From IMG/VR virus record IMGVR_UViG_3300012041_000023, positions 6,159 to 70,158 of that record: 64,000 bases of DNA; one strand, given 5' to 3'. Under the pieces are notes generated by a model. The model was given only the letters and a program-made list of their open reading frames with translations, made no database searches and was not told the DNA's origin. Position numbers and translations under genes: made by a program. This document shows positions 26,539 to 36,244 of this stretch, piece after piece (position 1 is the stretch's first letter; each line of letters opens with the position of its first letter). The DNA comes from a virus (Duplodnaviria > Caudoviricetes).

Positions 26539-28347
26539 CTACCTCAACGCCTCCCGTGCGATGACGCCTGCCTGGAGGATGCTGGCGACACCCAGAAGCG
26601 CGGCCAGCACCCGCTCCCAGGGGACCGAAGACACGCAGGCGATCAAGATGCACAGCGCTCCCAGGATCAGACCGAGCAGCGTGAACGTCCAGCCGATGAC
26701 GAGAAAGAGGCAGCCGGGCGCGTCGCGCTTCACCCGCGCCCTCCCCGCTTCTCCCCCGCCTCGAGCCGCTCCACCCGCGCGAGCAGCCGCTCCCAGCGCG
26801 CTTCCTGCTTGGCGAGCCGCTGCTCGGTGCTCTGCGTGTCGTGGCACGCGGCGCGGCGGTTGAGCCTCGCGCTGCGCATCAGGTCCCGGTCGATCTCCGG
26901 CAGCGGCTCCTGCTCCTCGTCCTCCTCGTCGTCAAGCCCGTAGGTGGGGAAGTGGCGATGGAGCACGGCTGCCGCCTCGGGATAGATGCCGTCGAGGAAG
27001 CAGTTGCCGTGGCACAGCTCGCAGGCTCCTCCGCGCGGCTCGCGGCCCGTCCCGAGGCAGCGAATGCAAACGCAGCGGGCCATCAGGTGGGTTCCTCCAG
27101 ACCGCGGCGCTTGGCGTAGTCCGCGCTCCGCTCCAGGGTGAAGACGTAGGATTCGCCTTGATGATCGAAACCGAAGATTGCCATGGGACCGTCCGCGTTC
27201 GGGCCAATGCGGGTGATGTTGCTGAAGCCGACGTTTGACAGGCCCGCGTGCCCAAGCACAACAGCGAGCTGGATCGCCAGCCCGTAGAAGGGGCTCGGCG
27301 GGTTGTCCCACTCGGAAAGCTCAAAGCCCGCGATGCGTGCCAACTCCTGCCAGTCCTGGCGGTCTATCGTCTTCACCCGCGCACCTCCTCCGAACTCCTC
27401 GCCAGCTCCCTGACCTCCTCCGAGCTCCTCAGCATCTCCCACTCCGGTTCGATGGCGCCCGGGTAACGCCTGCGGATGCACGGCGCACACTCCCAGGCGT
27501 CCGGCTCCTCGCGGCTCAACTCGTCCACGCAGAACAGTTCGTCGGGCTCGGCGCCGCAGCGGGCGCAGGCGGTGAGGTGGTGGGCTTCGGCGTAGGTATC
27601 AGCCATCAAGTGCTTCCTTGGCGATACTCCACGGCGGCCACCGTGGGCCGATCCAGTCCGGGGCTGCGTCGTCGCCGCAATCACACTGCTCGTTGTGCGC
27701 CCAGTTCCCCCGCTCGGCGTAGACCGCAAGCGCCGCACGCAACTCCACCACCTCGCGCTCGGGTGACCGATTCTGCCATGCCATCCAGCAATCCATGCAG
27801 CAGCCATCATTGCCGGTCTGCGTTGCCGTCTCGCAGACGGCGCAAGCAATGATGCGCCCTTCAGCCCGGACGCTCTGCGAACGGCGAAGCATAGCGTTCT
27901 CCGTCCGCAGCCCGTCGCACTCGCACTTCAGGCGCTCAATCGTCGCCAGGTCGCGCTCGTCAATGCTACGTAACTGCTTGCCGCTGTCGCTCATCCTTCC
28001 GTCCCCCGCCGCACGACGCGCACCTCCTTCAGGAAGAAGCGGTTGCCCTGTATCTCCGCGCTGTCACCCGTCACGGTGGCCTCCACGTCGTCTCCCGTTT
28101 CCGCGCCGGCCCGCAGCGACCTCGGGACATCGACGGAGAGGACCGTCCCCGGCGGGAGCGGTTCCCCTCCCCAGGTTAGCGGCACCTCGGCGGGGCTGCC
28201 AAGCAGGATGTTCCACAGTCCGGCGATGGCGTTGTCGCACTGCTGGACAACGCCTTCCACGGTGAGCGTCAGAGCGCGTGTGATCTTGGGCATAGTTAGG
28301 TAGGGCAGTGGGCCAGGCTGCCACCCGGCCCACTGCTGGGCTCCCAC
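26539..28347 (-). other. cluster of about six small coupled hypothetical ORFs (TM peptide, CxxC zinc fingers)
   Basis: Chain of overlapping start/stop ORFs (parts of 26539..26847, 26730..27311, 27083..27490, 27373..27849, 27599..27994, 27991..28347). Confidence 0.45.
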
Positions 28348-28376
28348 GCCAGGAGACGAACGGCGCGGAAGGGGTG

Positions 28377-28649
28377 CTAGATGCGGCGGGCCTGAGCCAA
28401 GGCAAGGACGACACCATGGAGCTGCTCAACGGCCTGGATCAACCCTCCCGTAATCTGCTCCAGACGCAGAAGACGGTCAGGGTCGAGGCCCTCGTCCATC
28501 AAGCGCTCTTTGATGATCGACCGGAACTCCTCCAGGACCTGCTGATGCGTCTGCTGCTGGGTATCCAGCGCCGCCAGCCGACTCTCGACCGCCAGAAGTC
28601 GCACCTCGGCATCGAGCGTCGGCTCGGGTGCTACCTCGACTTTCGCCAT
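28377..28649 (-). CDS. coiled-coil hypothetical protein
   Basis: 90-aa helical ORF downstream of the endolysin. Confidence 0.55.
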   Translation of the reverse strand: MAKVEVAPEPTLDAEVRLLAVESRLAALDTQQQTHQQVLEEFRSIIKERLMDEGLDPDRLLRLEQITGGLIQAVEQLHGVVLALAQARRI

Positions 28650-28650
28650 C

Positions 28651-29136
28651 TTACTTGGTGAGATCCTTGAGGGTTCCGAGCAACGCGCCTACCTCGGCCA
28701 GGCTCTGGTAGAGTGAGCTACCCGTCCCCGAAGCAAACGCCCCGCCCGTGCCCGTTTGCGGGGGCGTGGTGTTTGCCGTCTTGGCTTGCTGCTGACCGGC
28801 CGCCAGCAAACCCTCGATGTTGGCGAGCTTGGTCTCCAATCCCGCCGCCATGGTCTTGTCGAAGGCGGATGCCTCCTGCCCCACGTTGAAGATGTCCCGA
28901 ATGGCTTTCGACCGCACGGCCCGGCCGATGTCCACGCTGCCGGCCATAATCTCACGGTGGAAGGTGATCCCCGACTGCAAGGCCTCGCGCATGATCGCGT
29001 CGACCGCCTGCTGATTCGTGACCTGGTTCTGGATAGCGGTGTTGGCCGACCGGATCGGCCCATCGCTCTCGACTTTCCAATTGAGCGCCCCCTGGTCGTT
29101 CGCGACCTGGGCGCTGTTTACGGCATCGACTGCCAT
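28651..29136 (-). CDS. Ala/Gln-rich helical hypothetical protein
   Basis: GAAAGGA RBS; 161 aa. Confidence 0.6.
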   Translation of the reverse strand: MAVDAVNSAQVANDQGALNWKVESDGPIRSANTAIQNQVTNQQAVDAIMREALQSGITFHREIMAGSVDIGRAVRSKAIRDIFNVGQEASAFDKTMAAGLETKLANIEGLLAAGQQQAKTANTTPPQTGTGGAFASGTGSSLYQSLAEVGALLGTLKDLTK

Positions 29137-29228
29137 CGGTTCGTGTCCTTTCTCTAGCCCTATGGGTGAGGACTGATGTTCCGCGGGTGTCTACGGATCG
29201 CGCCCCGCGGTGCGCTAGTTGAGACTTC

Positions 29229-29621
29229 CTAGCCCCTCCATAGAGCAGGCTCTCCGTCCCTTCTGTCGATGTGCGTGAAGCCGCGGTACGACCCCAGCCC
29301 TTTTATCAGATTCGGCCACCGGGCCTTGAGCATTTTCTGCACGGTCGCGGGTGAGAGGTCTTTGAGGGTAAAGTCGATGGCCTTGCCCCACAAGTGCTGG
29401 GAGTTCGTGGCGCCGCCCACCTGCTTATTCCACGCGGCGCACCTGTACCAGGAGTTCACGCGCATAGGCCAGTTACCGAGCGCGGCACGCACCTCTTCCG
29501 CCCACTCGGCCGTCTGGCGGATCGAATCCTCAATGTGGGGATCCCCCCATCCGGTGCATTTTCCGCACTGGCAGCGGGCTTCACCCCATGAAAAATGTTC
29601 TGTAATAGCCCCGGTTGGCAT
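29229..29621 (-). CDS. peptidase M15-family endolysin
   Basis: HFSWGE...SWYRC...N..VGGA..SQHL.G.AID...GLGSY..FTHID. Confidence 0.88.
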   Translation of the reverse strand: MPTGAITEHFSWGEARCQCGKCTGWGDPHIEDSIRQTAEWAEEVRAALGNWPMRVNSWYRCAAWNKQVGGATNSQHLWGKAIDFTLKDLSPATVQKMLKARWPNLIKGLGSYRGFTHIDRRDGEPALWRG

Positions 29622-29636
29622 GGGGTCCGCCCCCTC

Positions 29637-29720
29637 AACAAAGAAAGCGCCGCCGCCCCGCCCCGGAGGAGTCCGCCGTGCCGATGGCGGGTGGTTTGGA
29701 AGCGACTACGGGCGGCGGCG
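29637..29720 (-). terminator. terminator- or attenuator-like stem just upstream of the endolysin
   Basis: 11-bp inverted repeat (29648-29658 / 29710-29720) followed by CTTTCTTTGTT on the minus strand. Confidence 0.4.
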
Positions 29721-30183
29721 AAGGTCAGTAGGTTCATCGTCGATTGTCGGTAGAACGTTGCGTTTCTGTCCAGCCAGATCCGCAACTTAAGAGGCGTTTC
29801 GCAAAGCGTGGGGCAGATTCCTTCCTCGGTTTGCGGGACGTGGGGAGGATTGGTTGCGAGGCAAATAAAGCGGCGGGACGGAGCGCCCGCCGGCTTGCTG
29901 CATACCAATCTGCAAACCACCCCGCATGGTTGCGTCACTGCATTTGCAGACACGCAACAAGTGACGCCACTAGAAGTGTATCATCGCAACAATTGCGCCG
30001 TCCGCGTGGCGAAAGCGTGCGCCAGCCCGCCGCGTGGCCAATTGCGAGATACATCAGGCACTCCTCCGCGGTCCGTTCCTCCCCTGATTCCAGGCACGAA
30101 ACCGCGAGCGCCTGGTGGGTTGCTGCAGGCGGGACTGCAGACGGGTTTTCAATGTCCTGCTCCGCCGCCCAGGAACCGTCTGG

Positions 30184-30399
30184 TTAAGGCGGAATCCCGT
30201 GATCCCATGGATCATAATCCGGATCCGCATTCATCTCAGCAAGCCAGTCATCATAGTCCGGCCCGAGCAGCGCCCGCACAACCTGGTCGAGCAACCATTG
30301 CTTGTGGTGGCCTCCGTCGATGCTGCCGTACTGCTCGATGAGATCGAGTGCATCGCGAACCGCATTAGGCAGCTTACTCCGATCCATCCCATCGCTCAT
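30184..30399 (-). CDS. phage hypothetical protein
   Basis: YGSIDGGHHKQWLLDQVVRALLG; 71 aa. Confidence 0.55.
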   Translation of the reverse strand: MSDGMDRSKLPNAVRDALDLIEQYGSIDGGHHKQWLLDQVVRALLGPDYDDWLAEMNADPDYDPWDHGIPP

Positions 30400-30613
30400 C
30401 CGACCCTCCGCAGTCCTTCATCACCCGCTCCCCGTCTGCATCCTCGGGCATCTCGCCATGCTCCAGCGTCGGCACCGGAAGCGGCTGCCCGTCCGCATCG
30501 ACACGCCTCACGACGCCGCCCAGCGTCCCATCAGCCCTCATGCTATGATCGTGGGGCCCGATCCACACCGCGCAGTAGGGACACGGCGGATCCAGGATCG
30601 TCTGCCAGTTCAT
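30374..30613 (-). CDS. small hypothetical protein
   Basis: ATGA overlap with the integrase stop. Confidence 0.4.
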   Translation of the reverse strand: MNWQTILDPPCPYCAVWIGPHDHSMRADGTLGGVVRRVDADGQPLPVPTLEHGEMPEDADGERVMKDCGGSDERWDGSE

Positions 30614-31749
30614 CCCCCACCTCCCGCCACCTTCTGCAGCGCCCCCTCCAGCGCCGCCGCGGCGCCCTCCGCCTCGCCGCCGAGCAGGTGCCCGTAGATC
30701 AACGTCGTCGTCGTGATGCTGGCGTGCCCCATGAGGTGCGACACCAGGTAGGCGCTCACCCCCGCGGAGAGCAGGGAACTGGCGTAGGTGTGGCGCAGGC
30801 TGTGCATGGTCACCGCCGGCAGCTCGTGGCGCCGGCGGAAATCGCTCCAGGCGTGCCAGAACTGGCCGAGGGTGTAGGGCTTCCCGTGGTGGAGGAACAC
30901 CGCCGGCGCGTCCGGCCGTCTCTCGCGCAGTTCCTGAAGCGCGGTGCGCACCAGCGGGGGCAGGGGCACGGTGCGCCGGCCCTTGTCCGACTTCGGGCCC
31001 TTGGTGACGACCGCGCCGGGGATCTGCGTCACGGCGCGCGAGACGGAGAGCACGCCGCGGGGGAGGTCGACATCCTCCCAGGTGAGCGCCAGGAACTCCC
31101 CCAGGCGCAGGCCCGTGCCGAGCGCGGTGAGGAGCAGCGGATACCAGTCCCCGTCGCCTTTCGCGGCGGCCAGCACCCGCGCGAGCGTCTCCACCGAATG
31201 CGCCACCCCGCGGGGGCGCGGAGCTTTGGGCGCGGGCACTTCGACGAGCGGGCTGCGTGCGAGCAAGCGCTGGCGCACGGCGGCGTTCATGATGGCGGAC
31301 AAGAGCATCCAGGCGTTCCGCAAGGTCTGCGCGGAGACGCCGCCCTTGACGCGCCGGCCGTCCTGGGTGGAGAGATCGAGGATGAGCCGCTCCAGGCGCG
31401 CGGGGGTGATGGCGTCGAGGGTGAGTGGCCCGAGATGCGGCAGCAGGTAGAGCCGCAGCACCGTCTGGTAGTCGTAGGCGGTGGTGACACTCCACGCGGA
31501 GAGCACCGCCTGCTCCCGGAGGTAGCGCTCGGCGTAGGCGGCGAAGGTCGTGCCGCGGGCGTCGCTGTGCGCCTGGGTGTCCAGCTCGCGCAGTGCCTTC
31601 GTCACCGCCTGCTGCGCCTGCTTCTTGGTGGCGAACGAGCCCAGCCACTTCGTGCGGCGCTCGCCGTCGGCGCCTTTGGGCAGGGGGACGCTCGCGGTGT
31701 GCTTGTTGCCGCGCTGGCGGACGTGGCCGCGTGTGGTGGGTTTGTTCAA
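30610..31749 (-). CDS. int: tyrosine recombinase / phage integrase
   Basis: TGLRLGE (R), PKSDKG (K), HSLRH (HxxR), LMGHA...TLIYGH (H/Y); arm-binding and SAM-like N-terminus. Confidence 0.95.
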   Translation of the reverse strand: MNKPTTRGHVRQRGNKHTASVPLPKGADGERRTKWLGSFATKKQAQQAVTKALRELDTQAHSDARGTTFAAYAERYLREQAVLSAWSVTTAYDYQTVLRLYLLPHLGPLTLDAITPARLERLILDLSTQDGRRVKGGVSAQTLRNAWMLLSAIMNAAVRQRLLARSPLVEVPAPKAPRPRGVAHSVETLARVLAAAKGDGDWYPLLLTALGTGLRLGEFLALTWEDVDLPRGVLSVSRAVTQIPGAVVTKGPKSDKGRRTVPLPPLVRTALQELRERRPDAPAVFLHHGKPYTLGQFWHAWSDFRRRHELPAVTMHSLRHTYASSLLSAGVSAYLVSHLMGHASITTTTLIYGHLLGGEAEGAAAALEGALQKVAGGGG

Positions 31750-32369
31750 GGGTTAGGCCCCTTTCCCCGCGCCTTCCGCATCCGCTCTTTGCCGCCGCAG
31801 CCGGGCGCGTGATACTTCTTATGCTGCCAGCCGATGAACAGCTTCCCGCAGCCCACGGTGGGGCAGACCTTGAGGGTGTAGCCCCCGGACACCATGCAGG
31901 CGAGCTGGAACCACGCCGCGTCGATCAGCGCCGCGAACGCCCAGCGCCGCGGAGCGTTCGGCGCGAGCGACAGCGGGTAGGGGTGGACGCGGGCGAGGTA
32001 GCCCTCGGGCGGCTCCGGGGCGCGGCCGGCCGCCAGGCGCTCGCAGACCTCGCGGAAGACGCCCGCGGCGCGGCGGAACTCCGCGAGGGGCTCGGCGTCC
32101 CCCTCGGTGGTCAAGAGGCCCCACGCCTCCGCGAAGCCGCGCTCCTCCCAGGGACCGCCGGCCGCCACCTGCGCGACGGCGTCGACGAGCAGCGGGGAAT
32201 CCTTCTCCCACGGCGAATACTCGTGGGGGATCTCCTCGGCGTCCGGCATGGGCGCGTTGGGCGAGAATGGATCGTAGAGCGCGGTGCCGCCGGCGAAGCA
32301 GAGCGTGCCGTCGCGCACGCCGGCGGGCCCGCGCCGCCAGAGACCGCGGGCGCCGGGGTTAGCGCTCAT
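31746..32369 (-). CDS. protein with a C-terminal CGNR-type zinc finger
   Basis: CPTVGCGKLF...KKYHAPGCGGKERMRKAR; ATGA overlap at 32366-32369. Confidence 0.55.
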   Translation of the reverse strand: MSANPGARGLWRRGPAGVRDGTLCFAGGTALYDPFSPNAPMPDAEEIPHEYSPWEKDSPLLVDAVAQVAAGGPWEERGFAEAWGLLTTEGDAEPLAEFRRAAGVFREVCERLAAGRAPEPPEGYLARVHPYPLSLAPNAPRRWAFAALIDAAWFQLACMVSGGYTLKVCPTVGCGKLFIGWQHKKYHAPGCGGKERMRKARGKGPNP

Positions 32370-32896
32370 GGATTCGCCGCCTCCCAGAACGTGGCATCGC
32401 GCGGCGTCGCCACCCCACCTGGCCCCATCACGGCCGAGAAGGCGTGCCCACTCCTGGCAAACGCCTCCGCTGCTCCGCGATCCCAGCCGCGCCCATCGTC
32501 CCAGTCCGTGCCGTGCGCCACCAGATGATCGATCAGCTCGTCCAGCGTGGCAAACACGGGCGTGATCGGGGTTCCTGACGTCACTGTCTCGTAGACCTGG
32601 AAGTGCGTCGCTTCCTCGGGCTGCCAGGCTCGCTCGCGACAGGTCTCCGAATCGGGTGGATGGTCCCACTCATGATACCAGCGCGAGTGGGGCGTCAGTT
32701 CCTCCTTCTGATCTGGGTGCTCCCCGCGACACCAGAGCGCGGCGTTGGCATACCACTCGCGGCACGCCCCCTCGTAGTCCCGGTCGAAGCACGGTCGATA
32801 CTTCCCCAGTCGCCCATACTGCGAGGCGGTAAGCTCCTCGTGACGCCAGCGCGGGTGCTCCCAATCGCCGGGGACTCTACGGATCTCTCTCCCCAT
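32366..32896 (-). CDS. phage hypothetical protein
   Basis: MGREIRRVP..WEHP...FQVYETVTSGTPITPVF. Confidence 0.6.
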   Translation of the reverse strand: MGREIRRVPGDWEHPRWRHEELTASQYGRLGKYRPCFDRDYEGACREWYANAALWCRGEHPDQKEELTPHSRWYHEWDHPPDSETCRERAWQPEEATHFQVYETVTSGTPITPVFATLDELIDHLVAHGTDWDDGRGWDRGAAEAFARSGHAFSAVMGPGGVATPRDATFWEAANP

Positions 32897-32948
32897 GTTT
32901 CGTCATCTCCTCCAGTTGTCGTCGTCCATCCGCCGTCAGCGGTCGGCG

Positions 32949-33383
32949 TTAGTCATCGTCGCAGCCACTGGTTAGGCAACGTGCGCACACCGTCCGCCAC
33001 CCGTCCACGAGCGGCGCCACGGTGAGCGCCCCGCAAAAGAAGCAAGAATCCGGCGCCCCCGGCTCGCAATCCTGCATAGCATAATCCCACGCACGCCGGA
33101 TGACCTCCTCCGTCATCGCCTCCTGCGCCGCGCGCTGGCGGTCCACCTCGAAGGTGACGCTCGCGGGGCCGTCCGTGAGGGCGCCGTCCTCGGCTTGAGC
33201 GAGGAGCTCCAGCGAATGCTCGCACGGCGGGCCGGCGAAGAGGGACAGGGCACACGAGCAGGCGGTCAGGCTGGTCTCGACCGTGACGCCGCGGGGGTCG
33301 TGGCAGTCGTAGGCGCCGACGAGGCGGTTCCACACGAATTGGAAGCGCGGGAGGATTCCGGGTAGGGTGCGGACAAAGTTCAT
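32949..33383 (-). CDS. SWIM zinc-finger protein
   Basis: CSC...PCEH motif; C-terminal CxxC pairs. Confidence 0.5.
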   Translation of the reverse strand: MNFVRTLPGILPRFQFVWNRLVGAYDCHDPRGVTVETSLTACSCALSLFAGPPCEHSLELLAQAEDGALTDGPASVTFEVDRQRAAQEAMTEEVIRRAWDYAMQDCEPGAPDSCFFCGALTVAPLVDGWRTVCARCLTSGCDDD

Positions 33384-33451
33384 GACAGTCTCCGTTTGGG
33401 GATTGGGGCGGTCACTGGCTTCGCAGGCGAGGTGACCGCCCTTGCTGCGTG

Positions 33452-33749
33452 TCAGGGCGTGACGACCTCGGACTCGTGGCGCTCTCTGCAGTCGGCGCAC
33501 ACCCAGCAGGTATCCGTGCCCCCGTCCGGCGCGGTGGGGCCAATCGTGAACCCCACGCAGGGCTTGAACTCTTGGCAGTCTTCGCAGGTTGTGAGGCACG
33601 TCGGCTGCTGCTGGCGGCGGGCGTGCAGCTCGCGCAGGAGATCCAGGGATTGGAAGGCAGCGGGCATGGCAGTGTCCTTTCTCGTTAGCGATTGACCAGG
33701 CTCTCGGCACGCTTCTGCGCGTCGGCGCGGGTGGGCGGCTTCGTCCGTC
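33452..33749 (-). CDS. small zinc-finger protein (start uncertain)
   Basis: CEDC...CADC. Confidence 0.4.
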
Positions 33750-33806
33750 ATAAGTGGCTCCTTTCGCATGTTGCGCCTCTGGAATTCTACGTCCACAACC
33801 AGTTAG

Positions 33807-33835
33807 ATTATAAACAGAACCGCCCGCAACGTCAA
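33807..33835 (-). promoter_or_regulatory. leftward early promoter
   Basis: TTGACG-17 nt-TATAAT on the minus strand. Confidence 0.8.
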
Positions 33836-33989
33836 GAAGATTTTTGGCGCACAAGAAAAGGAGTAGAACCCACAGTCCACCGCCGGCCGGAGTTTGCAAG
33901 CCACAACAGCGACCGGCCGGGGTGGGTGCCGAACCTGCGCCGCCAGAGGCGCGGCGACGCGCCTAGCGCAAGTGGTGCGGAAAATAGCG

Positions 33990-34018
33990 TTGACAGTGGC
34001 CTTCCTTTGGTTTATAAT
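33990..34018 (+). promoter_or_regulatory. rightward early promoter
   Basis: Perfect TTGACA-17 nt-TATAAT. Confidence 0.85.
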
Positions 34019-34068
34019 CCAACCAGTCAACGCAATGAAGGAAAGAAACGAGCGGAGGGATAACTGCT

Positions 34069-34377
34069 TTGGAACGAACTCTACAGGAGGACCGCAGAGG
34101 TCTTACCGACGAGGAATGGAACGATCCGGACTTGTGGTGTTCCGTGAGCGAGGCTGCCTACCTCGCGGGCGTGAGCCAGGTATGGATCCAGAAGATCGCG
34201 GCCCAGCCGAACAGCCCTCTGATTCGCAAGGTCGTGACGCGAGGCAGCGTGCAACAAGCCGTGAGGATTTATGAGCCGTCGTTGAAGGCGTGGATCGCGT
34301 CACGACCCCCCAGGCGGGGGGCCACAACGGACAGTGAAATGCCGGGCCAGGCGGTTTCAGCATCTGCGTGCGGTTGA
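34069..34377 (+). CDS. HTH DNA-binding protein (excisionase/Cro-like)
   Basis: SVSEAAYLAGVSQVWIQKI; first gene after the rightward promoter. Confidence 0.6.
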   Translation: MERTLQEDRRGLTDEEWNDPDLWCSVSEAAYLAGVSQVWIQKIAAQPNSPLIRKVVTRGSVQQAVRIYEPSLKAWIASRPPRRGATTDSEMPGQAVSASACG

Positions 34378-34572
34378 CGCCAATCTAACTCACGCAGCGC
34401 CCCGACCGCCCGACCCATTCTGTGGACAAGGCCGGCTCCGAGTGGAGCCCGACGCCGGCCTTGTTTGCCCGAGTAAGCCCGACGAGCGGGTGCCCGTTGT
34501 GCTGTACCCGTCAAGGCTATTTTACCACAACTCCGAAATTCGGAGAAGTAGAACGACAGTTCGAGGTTACCG

Positions 34573-34908
34573 ATGGAGCGTGAGAACGACAACGCCTCCG
34601 AGGCGTTGGACTTGCTCGCGGGTTGGATGATGGGCCTCCAGATCCAGCAGATCCGGATCGCGGTTTACATGCTGCAGCGCGGCTACATCGACGGGGAGGG
34701 GATGTCCCACTCCGAACTTGCCACGCTGGGAGAACGGTTCTGCCGCAGTAGTAAGACCGTCGATGACTGGCTCCGGGGGATGCGACAACTCGGCCTCGTT
34801 CGCCAGGACGCTATCGGTGAGGAAGCCCAGTATACGCTGGTCCGCGACTGGACGCCCGCCACCAAGCCGCGCAGTCTGCGACGCGGACCAAGGGCGGGAG
34901 TGAGGTAG
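34573..34908 (+). CDS. winged-helix-like DNA-binding protein
   Basis: MSHSELA...SKTVDDWLRGMRQLGLV. Confidence 0.5.
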   Translation: MERENDNASEALDLLAGWMMGLQIQQIRIAVYMLQRGYIDGEGMSHSELATLGERFCRSSKTVDDWLRGMRQLGLVRQDAIGEEAQYTLVRDWTPATKPRSLRRGPRAGVR

Positions 34909-34946
34909 CTCATAAACCCCAAACACCGCTACGAAGGAGACACCCC

Positions 34947-36107
34947 ATGACCGAAGCCCTGACCCTCGCCCTCGCCGCCTACGTCTGCGGGGGCCTCGCC
35001 ACCTTCGCGTGGTTCCGCAAGCAGCGTGAATACCTGGAGCTGCTGCGAGACGCGGGCGCCCGCGGGGTCGCCCCCTGGCGTGCCGCGGGCGCCATGCTCC
35101 TGGTGACGCTCGTCTGGTGGCCGATGATCCCGGCGTGCGGGCTGCTGCGCTACCTGGCGCGACAGAAGGAGTCCACGCCATGACGCTCACTCCCGGCGAC
35201 CGCGTCACCGTCCACGCCCCGTGCAGTCCGTGGCTCCCCTGGACCTGTGTGGGATCGCTCGCGGAGGTCGTGCGAGCGAACGCCGAGGGTGTCACGGTGC
35301 GCCTGCTATCGCCCGTTCACGCGGACCGTGCCCTGCGTTATGTTCCCGGCGCGATGGCACTGCACTGCCTGGCGCTGGCGCGAAAGGAGACACCTTGATG
35401 CCCGAGATGCTGCCCCACGACGAGCGAGACATCCACCTGGAGCAAATGCTGCGCGAGCGGCTGGGCGATCTGCCGCTCACGATTGAGCACGCGGAGCCCC
35501 TGGAGATCGACTGGCAGCGCGTCATCAGCGAGGCGCACGAGATCTGCCGCCAGGACCAGTGCGGCACGACGGAGGCGCTGACGGAGGCGCTGGCGCGGGA
35601 GAAGGCGCTGGTCAGGAAAGCGAATGCGTTCCGGGGGGCCAGGTGATGAGAGAGGTTACGTCCGCCACACCTGAGCCGGAAGGGGAGGCGCTGGCGGAGT
35701 GGATCACCGAGACGGTGCTCGCGTTCCACAGCGACGCGGAGCGCTACGGACAGCGGCTCTTGCAATGTGCGCACTGGTCGATGAAGGCGAAGATCCAGCT
35801 CCTCGACGCGCTGCCGCCGCTGTCGGCGCCTTCGGACGAGGAGCGGGAGGGGCTGCCGTTCGGGCAAATCTTACGCGCGGTGCGGGTGCCGGCGTCGGTC
35901 CTGGGCGCTGTGCCGACCTGCGCGGGACCGTGCGACTGCGCCGAGTGCCGCCGTGCCGCGGCCGCGCTGCGCCGCGAGCGCATCCGGGAGGAGGCTCTGC
36001 GGCTGATGGAAGCGCAGGGCTGGCCGGCGGCCCACGCGGTGAAGGAGATCGTGGCGCTCGAGGCGGCGGTGGCGAGGCTGCCGGATATTGGGGAGCCCGG
36101 CGTGTGA
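34947..36107 (+). other. four small coupled hypothetical ORFs
   Basis: 34947..35183, ~35180..35398, ~35398..35646 and ~35646..36107, with overlapping start/stop codons. Confidence 0.45.
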
Positions 36108-36244
36108 GCAGCACGCCGGGCCCCGTCCCGTAACCGGTAGCGATACCGGTCAAATTCTATCACACTTTGTCAACATTGGGCGAGCAGTAGGTCACGGCCA
36201 AGCCGCAGCGATACCGAAGTTCACCCCACGTCCCGCATCAGGGA

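Noticed and set aside
28651-29136. R-body (RebB-like) protein
   Set aside because: Only a short SLYQSLA resemblance and similar composition; not enough to call.
34531-34545. Palindrome CTCCGAAATTCGGAG upstream of the 34573 gene
   Set aside because: I saw only one copy, so it cannot be supported as an operator.
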